Source: Bacteriovoracaceae bacterium
GTDB taxonomy: Bacteria; Bdellovibrionota; Bacteriovoracia; Bacteriovoracales; Bacteriovoracaceae
NCBI GenBank assembly: GCA_041586955.1
Contig: JBFGZE010000010.1
Span: 1 to 59,846 of the forward strand
Direction: 5' to 3'
DNA: 59,846 nucleotides
Below, piece by piece: positions 10,417-19,947 of this stretch. Position numbers and translations under genes: made by a program. Numbering within the stretch: the stretch's first letter is position 1; every line of letters begins with the position of its first letter. Under the pieces are notes generated by a model that saw nothing but the letters and a program-made list of their open reading frames with translations, was not told where the DNA came from and did no database searches.

Positions 10417-10968
10417 ATGGATATATTATTCAAACTATTCATACTTGGAACCATTTCTCAACGCTTATATGAATTGAGATTGGCGAGGAGAAATGAGCGA
10501 TATCTCATTGCCCAAGGCGCCAACCTTATCCCTGAAAAAAATTATATTTTTATGATTATCCTTCATGCGGCATGGTTAGCGTCTATTCTTTTTATGGCGT
10601 TTACGCAGACCAATACTTATTCAAAACCTCTATTTTTTACCGCCCTCATATTTTTTATTATCGGGCAAACGCTACGATTGACGGCCATTAAAACATTGGG
10701 AAAAAGATGGACGACCAAGATCGTGATTTTACCCCACAGGCCAGCAATAAGGAGAGGTATTTTCAAAATTTTCCGCCACCCCAATTATCTAGGTGTGATT
10801 GTTGAAATAGCGGCCTTACCCTTAATGGCCGGCCTCTATCAATTGGCCATTTTTTTCTCCATCGCCAATTTAATTATTCTTTTTTTTCGTATTCGACTTG
10901 AGGAAAGAATGTTGATTCTCTTTAATGACTACTCCAAGGTCTTTGACCTTAAGCAAAATGAAGCCTAA
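10417..10968 (+). CDS. Isoprenylcysteine carboxyl methyltransferase-family membrane protein (SrsB/BpsB-like)
   Basis: QRLYELRLARRNE, LGKRWTTKI, FRHPNYLGV, RIRLEE; several TM segments. Confidence 0.88.
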   Translation: MDILFKLFILGTISQRLYELRLARRNERYLIAQGANLIPEKNYIFMIILHAAWLASILFMAFTQTNTYSKPLFFTALIFFIIGQTLRLTAIKTLGKRWTTKIVILPHRPAIRRGIFKIFRHPNYLGVIVEIAALPLMAGLYQLAIFFSIANLIILFFRIRLEERMLILFNDYSKVFDLKQNEA

Positions 10969-12043
10969 TCGTTTGGCCGTCATTGGTGGAGGCCCAATTG
11001 GGCTCTATACGGCCATCATACTCGCTCGTAAGGGTTATCAAATTGACCTTTTTGAAAAGGGGACATGGCCTAGAGATAAGGTATGTGGCCAGAGTATAAT
11101 GCCCTCAGGGATTAATATTTTAAAAGAGATTGGTATAAACTTTGATGGCCTAAAAGATTCTTATTTTTTTAAAGGGATCCAATATATTGATCAGGATTTT
11201 GACATTTGTGGGCAATTGCCAAAAGATGGGATCGGCCTAGAGAGAAAGGTATTATCCCAAAAATTATACCAGGTTGCCAGTGAAGATCCCAATATTGATC
11301 TCTTTGCGAACACCATCATTCAAGACGCTCAAATACATTCTCATAATGCTCATATTATGGGTACTTTTCTTGGCGACAATCAGCAATTCGAAAAAAAATA
11401 CCTCTATGCCTTCATTTGTGATGGGCTCAATTCCCATCTCCGCTCTATTCTTGATAATCAAAAAAAGAGAACGGAACCGCTTAGAATGGGTGCTCGACTA
11501 CATTGTGATATCCCTCCTTGGTCTAAAAATGTTCAAGTCTATTGGAGTGATGGTATCGAGGCCTATATTACCCCTGTCTCTATGAGCAGAGTCGAGATTG
11601 CTTTTTTATGGTACACAGATAAATTTACCCCAAAATCTCATTTATGCCGTCACCTATTAGATATTTTTCCCACCATTAAGGAGAAGATAACAAAAAAACA
11701 GATGAATAGTGATTTTAGGGCCTATGGCCCTTTTTCGACGCTTTCTTATAAGATGAAGGTTGGCCATTATTATTTTGTCGGAGACGCTTATCAATTTATC
11801 GATGGAATTACTGGCGAAGGAATTTCTTTAGGGCTTAAATCTGCCAATACCATCGTTAATAATTTTGAACATTTTACAGTGAAAAATGAATTGCAAATAA
11901 AAACTCTTTACTTTAAATATAAAGTGTTGGCCAACCTGGCCCTTTATCTTAGCCGCCACCAAAAATTAAGACGAACGATATTTTTCCTTGCGACAAAAAG
12001 GCCTTCGATTTTCAATTTTCTAATCAAGCTCAATGATTTATAA
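10958..12043 (+). CDS. FAD-dependent oxidoreductase/monooxygenase (SrsC-like)
   Basis: VIGGGPIG, PRDKVCG, CDGLNS, VGDAYQFIDGITGEGISLG; start ATG 10958 overlaps the upstream gene. Confidence 0.85.
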   Translation: MKPNRLAVIGGGPIGLYTAIILARKGYQIDLFEKGTWPRDKVCGQSIMPSGINILKEIGINFDGLKDSYFFKGIQYIDQDFDICGQLPKDGIGLERKVLSQKLYQVASEDPNIDLFANTIIQDAQIHSHNAHIMGTFLGDNQQFEKKYLYAFICDGLNSHLRSILDNQKKRTEPLRMGARLHCDIPPWSKNVQVYWSDGIEAYITPVSMSRVEIAFLWYTDKFTPKSHLCRHLLDIFPTIKEKITKKQMNSDFRAYGPFSTLSYKMKVGHYYFVGDAYQFIDGITGEGISLGLKSANTIVNNFEHFTVKNELQIKTLYFKYKVLANLALYLSRHQKLRRTIFFLATKRPSIFNFLIKLNDL

Positions 12044-12152
12044 ACAATTATTTGCGTCCGACAAAAGTTCCTATCATTTTTATAGGAAGCTGCTCTAAAG
12101 CATAAATTAATGATACATTCACCCTTAATTGCCTGCCCTTAGGAGTATTTCT

Positions 12153-14099
12153 ATGTCATTTAAGACCTTTATGGCCCTTGCATTAAGTCTTTTTCTTGTA
12201 TCAGCACACGCCGACTTCAAAGATTTATTCGATAAACCAAAAATCAAGGGTAAAATCAGAGAGAGAATTGCCTCCCTCGACACAGAATTCAAATTAAAGC
12301 TCCTTGATATTGAATTGGCAGAAGGTATTGGTCTCTCCACCCGCTATAAATATGAAGTGACAAATGGTTATTATGGCAACCTACATACCCGGGTGGATCG
12401 TTATAATATTGGTTTTGATATTAATGTTGGAGATATCATCCGCGATATTGTTGATCTCCCTGTTGGATTAGCTCTGAAGAAGGGTGCCGAAGTCTATTTC
12501 GTCCGCCATTTTACCAATAAAAAAGCAGCATCAATTGCCAAACCTTATTTAATACGTCAATTGCCACTCAACTCTAAAATTGCTAAGCGCCATTTAAATC
12601 CAGGTGACTTTGTTAGTTTTCCGGTCGAAATGGCCTTCACCACAAGCTTTGGTCATGACTCAAATCTCACTCCGGTCAATTCAAAGGCCGGCGTCTTTTA
12701 CGTTCTTAAAGGTAGCTTTATCATTCAGGTCTATCGCTTGCCCAAGGGATTCGTAAGACTAAAAATCATTTCTGCTCGCACTAAAGAGGGCGGGATGAAT
12801 GGCCGAATTGGCATTAATAAAAGTTTAGATATTTTTAAAGTTTCCGCCTTCTCTCACAATATTGACCGTATCACCAATATTGACCTTCTTGACATCACCG
12901 GTAGTCAAGCTCAAGGCCAGCAATTTATGGCCGATTATATTTTTGACCTCAAAACTATTCCAGGATCAATCGCCTATGATCAAGTTCTCAAACGCGCCCT
13001 GAGTTTCAAAACCATTCAATTGGCCGCCCAACAAGATAGAACCCTGGATCAAGTTCTCCTATCGACTTATCAAATGGCCGATGAAATCGCGAATGCCGAC
13101 GCTAAAATAGATAATGGGACGAAACGGGTGGAACGAGTGATGATTGGCTTTAACCGCTTTAAGCATAATCGCGGCAAAGTCAAAATGAAGACATATTTTT
13201 CTCATTTTGAGGCCAATCGCAATTATTTAGAAAATTCTCTCAGCTTTATTCAAGGCCAAGATGACAAGAAATATTATTTCTGGCCAATTGCCTCCAAAGA
13301 AACAATCAAGAAACTTGGCAAATGGATACTTCAATATAAAGAGGACAAGCGGCGGGTATTTTCAGGTCTAGTCGAAACTGATGCCGAGGGACGTGCCTTA
13401 AGTGATTGGGAAATGATTTATTCTTTTGATTATCAGGACAATTACCTGCGCCAACACGAACAAAGGCGTTTTTTTGAAGATCTTGCCAATAATGTTCCAG
13501 CAATTGCTATTGCGCCCATCAAATGGTCTTCTTGGAAGAAGTGGGATAAGGAAATGGTCAGTAGTGCTAAACTCCATTTAAAAATGGAACTTAAGCAAGA
13601 AGCGGTTCAATATATTCGCACTCTATCTCAGTCGGAAATTAAAAAGAGAATGTTAGACTACTTTAATAAAAGAACCTTTAAATATGCCGGTCGTCTTAAT
13701 AAATTATGGATAAAAACCTTTCGCGCCATTAGTTTGCAAAAACTTCGCTATAAAACGGAGGTCAAGTTGATTGCAAAGAAGCTCTACCGGACTCTCCATC
13801 AAAAGAATCAAGATTATAAGGAACAACTACAGGGTTTTCTGAAGTTACGACATGCTACTATCTTTGATAATATGATAATCGGCCTCCTTATTTCTCTGTT
13901 ACCAAAGGACCAATATAAACAAATGATTGCCGTCCAAGTTTACGCTGCAGGCGATAATAGGCCTACGATTAACCATTTTTTTGGAGAATTTGATAACCAA
14001 GAACTCCATGAAAACCTAGAGACTATTTACGATACCATTAATAATCGTGCCTTTAATCCACGGATTGTGAAACCCTATATCATGGAAGCAAAGGAATAA
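12153..14099 (+). CDS. Large secreted hypothetical protein
   Basis: AGGAG RBS; signal peptide ending AHA; long uninterrupted ORF; no recognised domain. Confidence 0.8.
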   Translation: MSFKTFMALALSLFLVSAHADFKDLFDKPKIKGKIRERIASLDTEFKLKLLDIELAEGIGLSTRYKYEVTNGYYGNLHTRVDRYNIGFDINVGDIIRDIVDLPVGLALKKGAEVYFVRHFTNKKAASIAKPYLIRQLPLNSKIAKRHLNPGDFVSFPVEMAFTTSFGHDSNLTPVNSKAGVFYVLKGSFIIQVYRLPKGFVRLKIISARTKEGGMNGRIGINKSLDIFKVSAFSHNIDRITNIDLLDITGSQAQGQQFMADYIFDLKTIPGSIAYDQVLKRALSFKTIQLAAQQDRTLDQVLLSTYQMADEIANADAKIDNGTKRVERVMIGFNRFKHNRGKVKMKTYFSHFEANRNYLENSLSFIQGQDDKKYYFWPIASKETIKKLGKWILQYKEDKRRVFSGLVETDAEGRALSDWEMIYSFDYQDNYLRQHEQRRFFEDLANNVPAIAIAPIKWSSWKKWDKEMVSSAKLHLKMELKQEAVQYIRTLSQSEIKKRMLDYFNKRTFKYAGRLNKLWIKTFRAISLQKLRYKTEVKLIAKKLYRTLHQKNQDYKEQLQGFLKLRHATIFDNMIIGLLISLLPKDQYKQMIAVQVYAAGDNRPTINHFFGEFDNQELHENLETIYDTINNRAFNPRIVKPYIMEAKE

Positions 14100-14222
14100 G
14101 TCATTGAATTTAGCTACCTCAAGGCTTTTTTTTTGTTAAATACATAAACACCCCCTGATAGTTCTTACAATCACAGCACTTGAGCTCCCCATTTTCAATA
14201 AAATAAGAAAAAGGAGATTATT

Positions 14223-14615
14223 GTGAAGTTTCTATTAATATTTTGCTTTTCTATTCTAACCACCGTCCAGGCCCAAGGACTGCGTTCCATTGAAAAGAAA
14301 CCACAAACCCTTAACTCTACCCCTAAAACCTTTCTCAGCTTCAAAAAAGTGAAAGATGGCGGTCTCGCGATTAAGTATTGTCAGAAGATTTCAAATAAGG
14401 ACTTATTTCATTGCCAATACTTGGGTCAAAATCAACAGGAATTTGCGCCAGAAATACTAAAGGATCTAGACCTTGAAAAAGGAATCGGCCAACAACAAAA
14501 CCTAGATGAATTAGTTTTCTTTAGTCATTATAAAGGCCATCAAAAACTGCGAGATATCGCGAAACAAATCGACCAGGGTAATATCACTCATAACCAAGCG
14601 GCGGCGAAGCTTTAA
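14223..14615 (+). CDS. Secreted hypothetical protein
   Basis: AAGGAG RBS, GTG start, signal peptide ending VQA. Confidence 0.7.
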   Translation: MKFLLIFCFSILTTVQAQGLRSIEKKPQTLNSTPKTFLSFKKVKDGGLAIKYCQKISNKDLFHCQYLGQNQQEFAPEILKDLDLEKGIGQQQNLDELVFFSHYKGHQKLRDIAKQIDQGNITHNQAAAKL

Positions 14616-14616
14616 T

Positions 14617-15288
14617 ATGAATAAACTCAGTGTTTTAATATTTATTCTATGCTTGAGCTTTTTAAGTTGCGGTAAAAAAAGTGACCAACCAGTGTGGTAT
14701 ATTTCCAACGTCAAAAATTCGCCCAATAGTGATTTAATCTTTGCCAAAGTAAAGGCCAATGGACGCTATGGATGGAAGTCTCATTATAATGTCATTGTAA
14801 GCGATGCAATCGACGCCCAAAATGGAGATTTACTTGACCTTAAAATCGAAGAATCTCATTTACGCGCTCTCAATTGCCCTAATTACAATATGGCCGCTTC
14901 CCATGAAAAAAAAATATTCTGGAGTCTATTCTTTGCAGGGATGGCCAATTATGAAAGTAGTTTTAATCCCCTTGCAGTTAATCGAAAGAATAAACAACTT
15001 CCATCAGGCCTAATGCAGATAGGCCTAGGAGTTCTTAAATATCCCAAATACTACCCCCATTGTCAGGGACTTGATAAGCAATCGATATTTTCTCCTCAGC
15101 ATAATCTTTCTTGCAGTGTGAATATCATGACCCGCCAATTAGAGGGCAGTAAAAAAAGACGGCGTCCAAAAGGCCAATTATTTCCTGCTAAAGCGTTTTA
15201 CTGGGAAGTGCTGACCAATAAAAAGCAATTGAGCAAAGTTCGTGACCTTTTCAAAAAATATTCTAAGAAGTTCGATTTCTGCCGTTAG
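14617..15288 (+). CDS. Lipoprotein with lytic transglycosylase (SLT/lysozyme-like) domain
   Basis: Lipobox FLSC; catalytic YESSFNP and GLMQI motifs; NLSC. Confidence 0.8.
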   Translation: MNKLSVLIFILCLSFLSCGKKSDQPVWYISNVKNSPNSDLIFAKVKANGRYGWKSHYNVIVSDAIDAQNGDLLDLKIEESHLRALNCPNYNMAASHEKKIFWSLFFAGMANYESSFNPLAVNRKNKQLPSGLMQIGLGVLKYPKYYPHCQGLDKQSIFSPQHNLSCSVNIMTRQLEGSKKRRRPKGQLFPAKAFYWEVLTNKKQLSKVRDLFKKYSKKFDFCR

Positions 15289-15401
15289 GAACCTGCATCA
15301 ATTTTCACACTGCATAAATTTGGCCCCCAATTCTTTACTAGAAAAAGGCCCTGCTATTCAGTAAGATGGTTTTTCACCAAAAATCAGAAAGGGAGTTAAA
15401 T

Positions 15402-15629
15402 ATGGCCAATTGTAAATACTGTGGCAAAGAAATCACATGGATGAGAGATGGCAAAAAAACATCTCCTATCGAAAATGACGGTGTTGTTCATGAGTGTGAA
15501 GAATATAAAAACACCCGCAGCTCAATTCGGACCATAACAGCAGACGAACTTCCCGCTGATCTTTTGGCGCAATACGAACAAGGCATCAACGCAGAAAATA
15601 AAAAAACTGCGAAGAAGGATAAAAAGTGA
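15402..15629 (+). CDS. Small Zn-ribbon-like protein
   Basis: CKYC...HEC; GGGAG RBS before ATG 15402. Confidence 0.7.
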   Translation: MANCKYCGKEITWMRDGKKTSPIENDGVVHECEEYKNTRSSIRTITADELPADLLAQYEQGINAENKKTAKKDKK

Positions 15630-16375
15630 TTCAAAAGGCCTGTCTTTTTGCCTTGGCCTTTATGTCCATGGCCCAGGCCGCGACTTTTGGCGTCGATTGG
15701 AATAACGCCTTCCGTACTTACCCTATTGGCGCCTCCACAGAATTACAACCTCATATCACTATTCCCCTCTGGGGCACTTTTCCTCTACAAGGGGGAATTA
15801 AAACCTTCGGCTCAGTAAAAACCAGTGGCCAGGTGAGCAGCTTTGCAGGTGGCCTGGCCTTCTACCCTGTTTCCTTTATTAAATTAGAAATAAGGTCTAT
15901 CAAAAATATCCGCTCACTCGAGGAGCTTGATCAATTTAATTGTGAACGAGAAGACTGCGATTCCAATTCCACTCAATTGAGATTTGGCGGCGAGCTAGGC
16001 ATAAAGGCCGGCCCCTTTTTCGCCCGTTTAACCCACCACCTCAAACGAGTCAAATTCGCTGATCAAAACAAAGAAGTCTTCGCTGAAGAAACCACAACTC
16101 TACTCTCCCAACGAATTGATACCAGCTCACATAGTGGACTTTTCATGGGGTTTGAAATGAACCCCAACGAAAAGTGGGGTGTATTTGCCAATTATTACAC
16201 AATGCAAAAACAAACCAATCATAACGCCAATATGGGGTTTTTCCACCAAATGCCATTATGGACAGGAAAATTCACAATTGGGGCCGGTGCCTTTCATGGA
16301 CGCTTTGGCCATAATCACCCAATGCTTTTTACGGCCTTTTCTCGCCACTTCGGTACGAGTATTTTTCCTTTTTAG
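15626..16375 (+). CDS. Putative outer-membrane beta-barrel/secreted protein
   Basis: Signal peptide ending AQA; alternating beta-strand pattern; C-terminal Phe. Confidence 0.6.
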   Translation: MIQKACLFALAFMSMAQAATFGVDWNNAFRTYPIGASTELQPHITIPLWGTFPLQGGIKTFGSVKTSGQVSSFAGGLAFYPVSFIKLEIRSIKNIRSLEELDQFNCEREDCDSNSTQLRFGGELGIKAGPFFARLTHHLKRVKFADQNKEVFAEETTTLLSQRIDTSSHSGLFMGFEMNPNEKWGVFANYYTMQKQTNHNANMGFFHQMPLWTGKFTIGAGAFHGRFGHNHPMLFTAFSRHFGTSIFPF

Positions 16376-16433
16376 GGCCGACACTACCAATCTCTCACCT
16401 TTCTTTTACAATAGAAATCTGCCTGGAGTTGAT

Positions 16434-17366
16434 ATGACTAATAACCGACGATTATTATGGAAAGAAAAACGTGCTGCGCTCGAAGAGCAAGGCCTTCGCC
16501 GTCGCCCTTTTCGCACCCGCCTGACTCCACGGATTGATTATTTCCGTCTCGTCACGATGAGCTTTAAGGGATTCGCCTATATGACTGGCCTAATTATACC
16601 TGGTCGCCAAAATGCCCGCCGCTTAACGGCCAATACTTATCATCATTTCTTTCCAGACTTACCGGCCGCCTTTGAAGGATTTTCCATCGCCCATTTAACC
16701 GACCTTCACCTTGATGATCGACCTGATATGGTGGCGCCATTAGTGGAACTTCTCCGAAATAATCCAGTTGATTGCGCTGTCTTTACCGGTGACTTCGCTT
16801 CTATTACCCCCCAATGCCAAGAACAACAAAATCATTTAAAGACAATGATGCACGAAATTTGTGAGGCGATTACTGCTCCTCAAGGTATATACGGTGTTCT
16901 TGGAAACCATGACTCTCACCGCTTGGTGGATATTTTGGCCGACCTTCCTCTTGAATTTTTAATTAATGAGACAAAATTGCTTGAAAAAAAAGGGCAGACA
17001 ATTCAATTATTAGGGACTGATGACGTTCATTATTTTTTTGACCAAATGGCCCTCGATTCACTTGAATCCTGCCAACATCATTTTACTGTGGGGCTCATTC
17101 ACTCTCCTGAGCTCGCAGTCGCGGCCCAGGAAAAAGGAATGGACCTTTACCTTTGTGGCCATACTCATGGCGGCCAAATCTGCTTACCTGGAGGCATAGG
17201 CGTCATCAAAAGAATCCGCCATTGCCGAGATTATTATAAGGGAGAATGGAATCATTTGGGGATGAAAGGCCATACCTCGGAGGGCATCGGTACAAGTGGA
17301 GTCCACGTGCGATTTAATACCAGCGCCGAAGTGGCCATTCATATTCTTCATCGAGGCGAGGCCTAA
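16434..17366 (+). CDS. Calcineurin-like metallophosphoesterase (YkuE/YaeI-like)
   Basis: DLH, TGDF, GNHD, HSP and GHTHGGQ motifs; start at ATG 16434 after GGAG. Confidence 0.9.
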   Translation: MTNNRRLLWKEKRAALEEQGLRRRPFRTRLTPRIDYFRLVTMSFKGFAYMTGLIIPGRQNARRLTANTYHHFFPDLPAAFEGFSIAHLTDLHLDDRPDMVAPLVELLRNNPVDCAVFTGDFASITPQCQEQQNHLKTMMHEICEAITAPQGIYGVLGNHDSHRLVDILADLPLEFLINETKLLEKKGQTIQLLGTDDVHYFFDQMALDSLESCQHHFTVGLIHSPELAVAAQEKGMDLYLCGHTHGGQICLPGGIGVIKRIRHCRDYYKGEWNHLGMKGHTSEGIGTSGVHVRFNTSAEVAIHILHRGEA

Positions 17367-17770
17367 GCCGCTGAGCGCTCGAAACTCCCAACGCGGTCAT
17401 AAAACCGTTCCATCGCTTTAAAAACTGCTGGGTATAAACGTTCGTTCAGTTCTTCTTTTTCTATAAAGCAATCGCAATAATTGAGAACATTATCACTGAG
17501 ATGCTCTTGGGTTGCATCGAACATCACAATTGGTAAATAGGCGCCGATCGCCTTCGCCAATTCTATCCCGTTCATCAGGGGCATGATGACGTCTGTGACG
17601 ATCACATGATAGGTTCCCTCTTGGATAATCCGCAGGGCCTCTATACCGTTGGGGGCGACCTGAACATAATGGCCTTTACTGGTAAATAGCTCTTCCATAT
17701 ACTTAAGGTTTTTTGGATCATTATCCACTAGTAGTACATGGATGCGTTCCAGTGTTTGCTCTTTTTGCAT
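17363..17770 (-). CDS. Single-domain response regulator
   Basis: LLVDND, VTDVIMPLMNGIEL receiver motifs. Confidence 0.88.
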   Translation of the reverse strand: MQKEQTLERIHVLLVDNDPKNLKYMEELFTSKGHYVQVAPNGIEALRIIQEGTYHVIVTDVIMPLMNGIELAKAIGAYLPIVMFDATQEHLSDNVLNYCDCFIEKEELNERLYPAVFKAMERFYDRVGSFERSAA

Positions 17771-17948
17771 AATTGCTCCTTACTTCACAATCACTATGTG
17801 CTTATTATCTCCGAGTTCCATAATTTCGGAAGGGAAAAGAGAAAGAGGAACAAAATTAGCTAGTTAGAAAAGATGACCGTGACGAGGTTATAAGGCATTT
17901 TGCCAAAAAATGAAGGATTCGCAACATATTCCAATATATTCTAGGGGG

Positions 17949-18152
17949 TTAGTCCTTGATCACACGATACTCGACATCCACAATGTCACCGTCAGCGGCC
18001 TTAGAGACGGGCCCTTTTGGGCGGGCCTGATGTGAAAATGTGCCATTTTGAGAATGGGCCATTTGCGATGCCTTATAAAGGCTCCAGGCGCCTTTGGCGA
18101 TCTTATACATCACATAAATCCAAATTGCCTTAATCAATGCACTCACAATCAT
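17949..18152 (-). CDS. Small membrane-anchored hypothetical protein
   Basis: GGAGG RBS; N-terminal hydrophobic segment; C-terminal DIVDVEYRVI motif. Confidence 0.7.
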   Translation of the reverse strand: MIVSALIKAIWIYVMYKIAKGAWSLYKASQMAHSQNGTFSHQARPKGPVSKAADGDIVDVEYRVIKD

Positions 18153-18281
18153 GGGGGCCTCCTAGCCTCGGCCCACCTATCTTACAAAAATAGATTTAAG
18201 GGGTCTAGGGCCTGGCCAAAACATTGAAAATTAATTATACTGGCCCGCAAGACTTTGTTAATTAAGGGAGAGGAGTACCCT

Positions 18282-19835
18282 ATGGAAAGAGCATCCCATT
18301 TAATTCATTGGGCCGACTTGACGGCCGACCGTATTATTCGTCAATTAGGTGATAAAGAAACTTATACTTTGGCCAGTGGTATCACACCATCCGGAGTCGT
18401 TCATTTTGGTAATTTTAGAGAAGTGATTACCACTGAATTTGTCGCCAAAGCCCTTAAAGAACGCGGTAAAAATGTACGCTTTATTTTTAGTTGGGATGAT
18501 TATGATACTTTCCGCAAGGTACCGGCCAATTTACCGAAGCAAGAAAAATTAAAAGAATATCTTTTTCAACCGATTGTTGATACCCCAGACCCCCACGGCC
18601 AAGCAGAGAGTTATGCTGCCTACCATGAAGCTTCCTTTGAAGCACAATTAAAAAGAGTTGGAATTGATCTTGAGCCCATTTATCAAGCCAAGAAATACCG
18701 TGCTGGTGATTATAAAAAAGGGATTCGTCTTGCCCTTGAAAAGCGGGATGAGATCGCCGCGATTCTCAACAAACACCGTACCAAACCGTTGCCAAATGAC
18801 TGGCAACCTGTTTCTGTCTATTGCGAAAAATGTAATACCGATAATCAAATTAAAAATATGAAATGGGACGGTAATGCCCTTAGTTATGAATGTGGCCATT
18901 GTTCTCATCAAGGTCAGGAAGTACTTGAAGAAACATCTCGCATCAAACTTCCATGGCGCCTCGACTGGCCAATGCGTTGGGCCTATGAGCAGGTTGATTT
19001 TGAGCCCGGTGGAAAAGACCATTCCTCTCAAGGGGGCTCTTTTACCACAGCAAAAGAAATTGTCGCCCTATACGATTGGAAACCTCCTATTTACGTCCAA
19101 TATGATTTTGTCAGTATCAAAGGTGCTGGTGGAAAAATGAGCTCCTCCACAGGCAATCTTATTACAGTCAATGATGTCCTTAATATTTACGAACCAGAAA
19201 TGGTGCGTTGGATATTTGCCTCATATAAGTCAAATGTCGATTTTGCCATTAGCTTTGATATTGATGTCATTAAAACCTATGAAGACTTTGACCGCCAGGA
19301 GCGCTTGGCCTACGGTGTAGATGCAGGGAACGCTAAAAAGGTCGCCATGGCCAAAAGGGTTATGCAATTATCTCAAGTGGGTGAAATGCCCTCAGAAATG
19401 CCATTTCAACCGGCCTTCCGCCACCTCTCTAATGTTTTACAAATTCACGGGGGAGATATTGAAAAGGCCAAGACCGCCTATGCTTCACAAATTAAAACAG
19501 CAAGAGACCAGCGCCGTTTTGAAGAACGTGCCCAAAGAGCTTGGTTTTGGATTAATAATTACGCCCCAGAAGACTTTAAGTTCAGTCTCAATAATGACCG
19601 GCCACAAGTGGCAATGAGCGAGGAAGTCTCTAATTGCCTCGCCGATTTTAAAACAGTCGTCGCTAATGAATGGTCCCAAATGAACAGCGATGTCGCTCTT
19701 AATGACCGACTCTATGAAGTCATCAATGCCAAGGGGATAGAGGACAAAGGCTCCGTCTTTAAGGCCCTATACCAAATCCTTATTAACAAGGAAAAAGGAC
19801 CTAAATTAGCAGGATTTATCCGGACAATAGGCTAG
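18282..19835 (+). CDS. lysS: Class I lysyl-tRNA synthetase (possibly extends past a TAG to 19859)
   Basis: HWAD, ASGITPSGVVHFGNFRE, KLPWRLDWPMRW, EPGGKDH, KMSSS, GPKLAGFI; two CxxC pairs. Confidence 0.95.
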   Translation: MERASHLIHWADLTADRIIRQLGDKETYTLASGITPSGVVHFGNFREVITTEFVAKALKERGKNVRFIFSWDDYDTFRKVPANLPKQEKLKEYLFQPIVDTPDPHGQAESYAAYHEASFEAQLKRVGIDLEPIYQAKKYRAGDYKKGIRLALEKRDEIAAILNKHRTKPLPNDWQPVSVYCEKCNTDNQIKNMKWDGNALSYECGHCSHQGQEVLEETSRIKLPWRLDWPMRWAYEQVDFEPGGKDHSSQGGSFTTAKEIVALYDWKPPIYVQYDFVSIKGAGGKMSSSTGNLITVNDVLNIYEPEMVRWIFASYKSNVDFAISFDIDVIKTYEDFDRQERLAYGVDAGNAKKVAMAKRVMQLSQVGEMPSEMPFQPAFRHLSNVLQIHGGDIEKAKTAYASQIKTARDQRRFEERAQRAWFWINNYAPEDFKFSLNNDRPQVAMSEEVSNCLADFKTVVANEWSQMNSDVALNDRLYEVINAKGIEDKGSVFKALYQILINKEKGPKLAGFIRTIG

Positions 19836-19869
19836 GAAAAGGTCTTGGCACTCCTTTAACGTTTTGAGC

Positions 19870-19917
19870 TCTAGTCATAAAAAGGACACCCTTTGCGATG
19901 CTCTTTTTCTGACTAGA
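19870..19917. terminator. Long imperfect hairpin downstream of lysS
   Basis: TCTAGTCA-T-AAAAAG ... CTTTTT-C-TGACTAGA inverted repeat. Confidence 0.55.
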
Positions 19918-19918
19918 A

Positions 19919-19947
19919 TTGCCTTCCCCTTTGATCACCGCTATAAT
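19919..19947 (+). promoter_or_regulatory. Putative sigma70 promoter upstream of pepP
   Basis: TTGCCT-N17-TATAAT. Confidence 0.7.

Noticed and set aside
10417..10968. Idea that the ICMT-like enzyme methylates the Cys of the GGGGC sorting signal (CAAX-like processing)
   Set aside because: It lies ~40 kb away, and its pairing with a FAD monooxygenase fits phenolic-lipid tailoring better
16179..16433. N-terminal extension of the metallophosphoesterase ORF
   Set aside because: Overlaps the upstream gene; an RBS supports ATG 16434
19833..19835. Pyrrolysine or genome-wide TAG recoding
   Set aside because: No pyl genes in the window, and TAG ends several other genes at expected positions (e.g. livF, epmC, the thioesterase)
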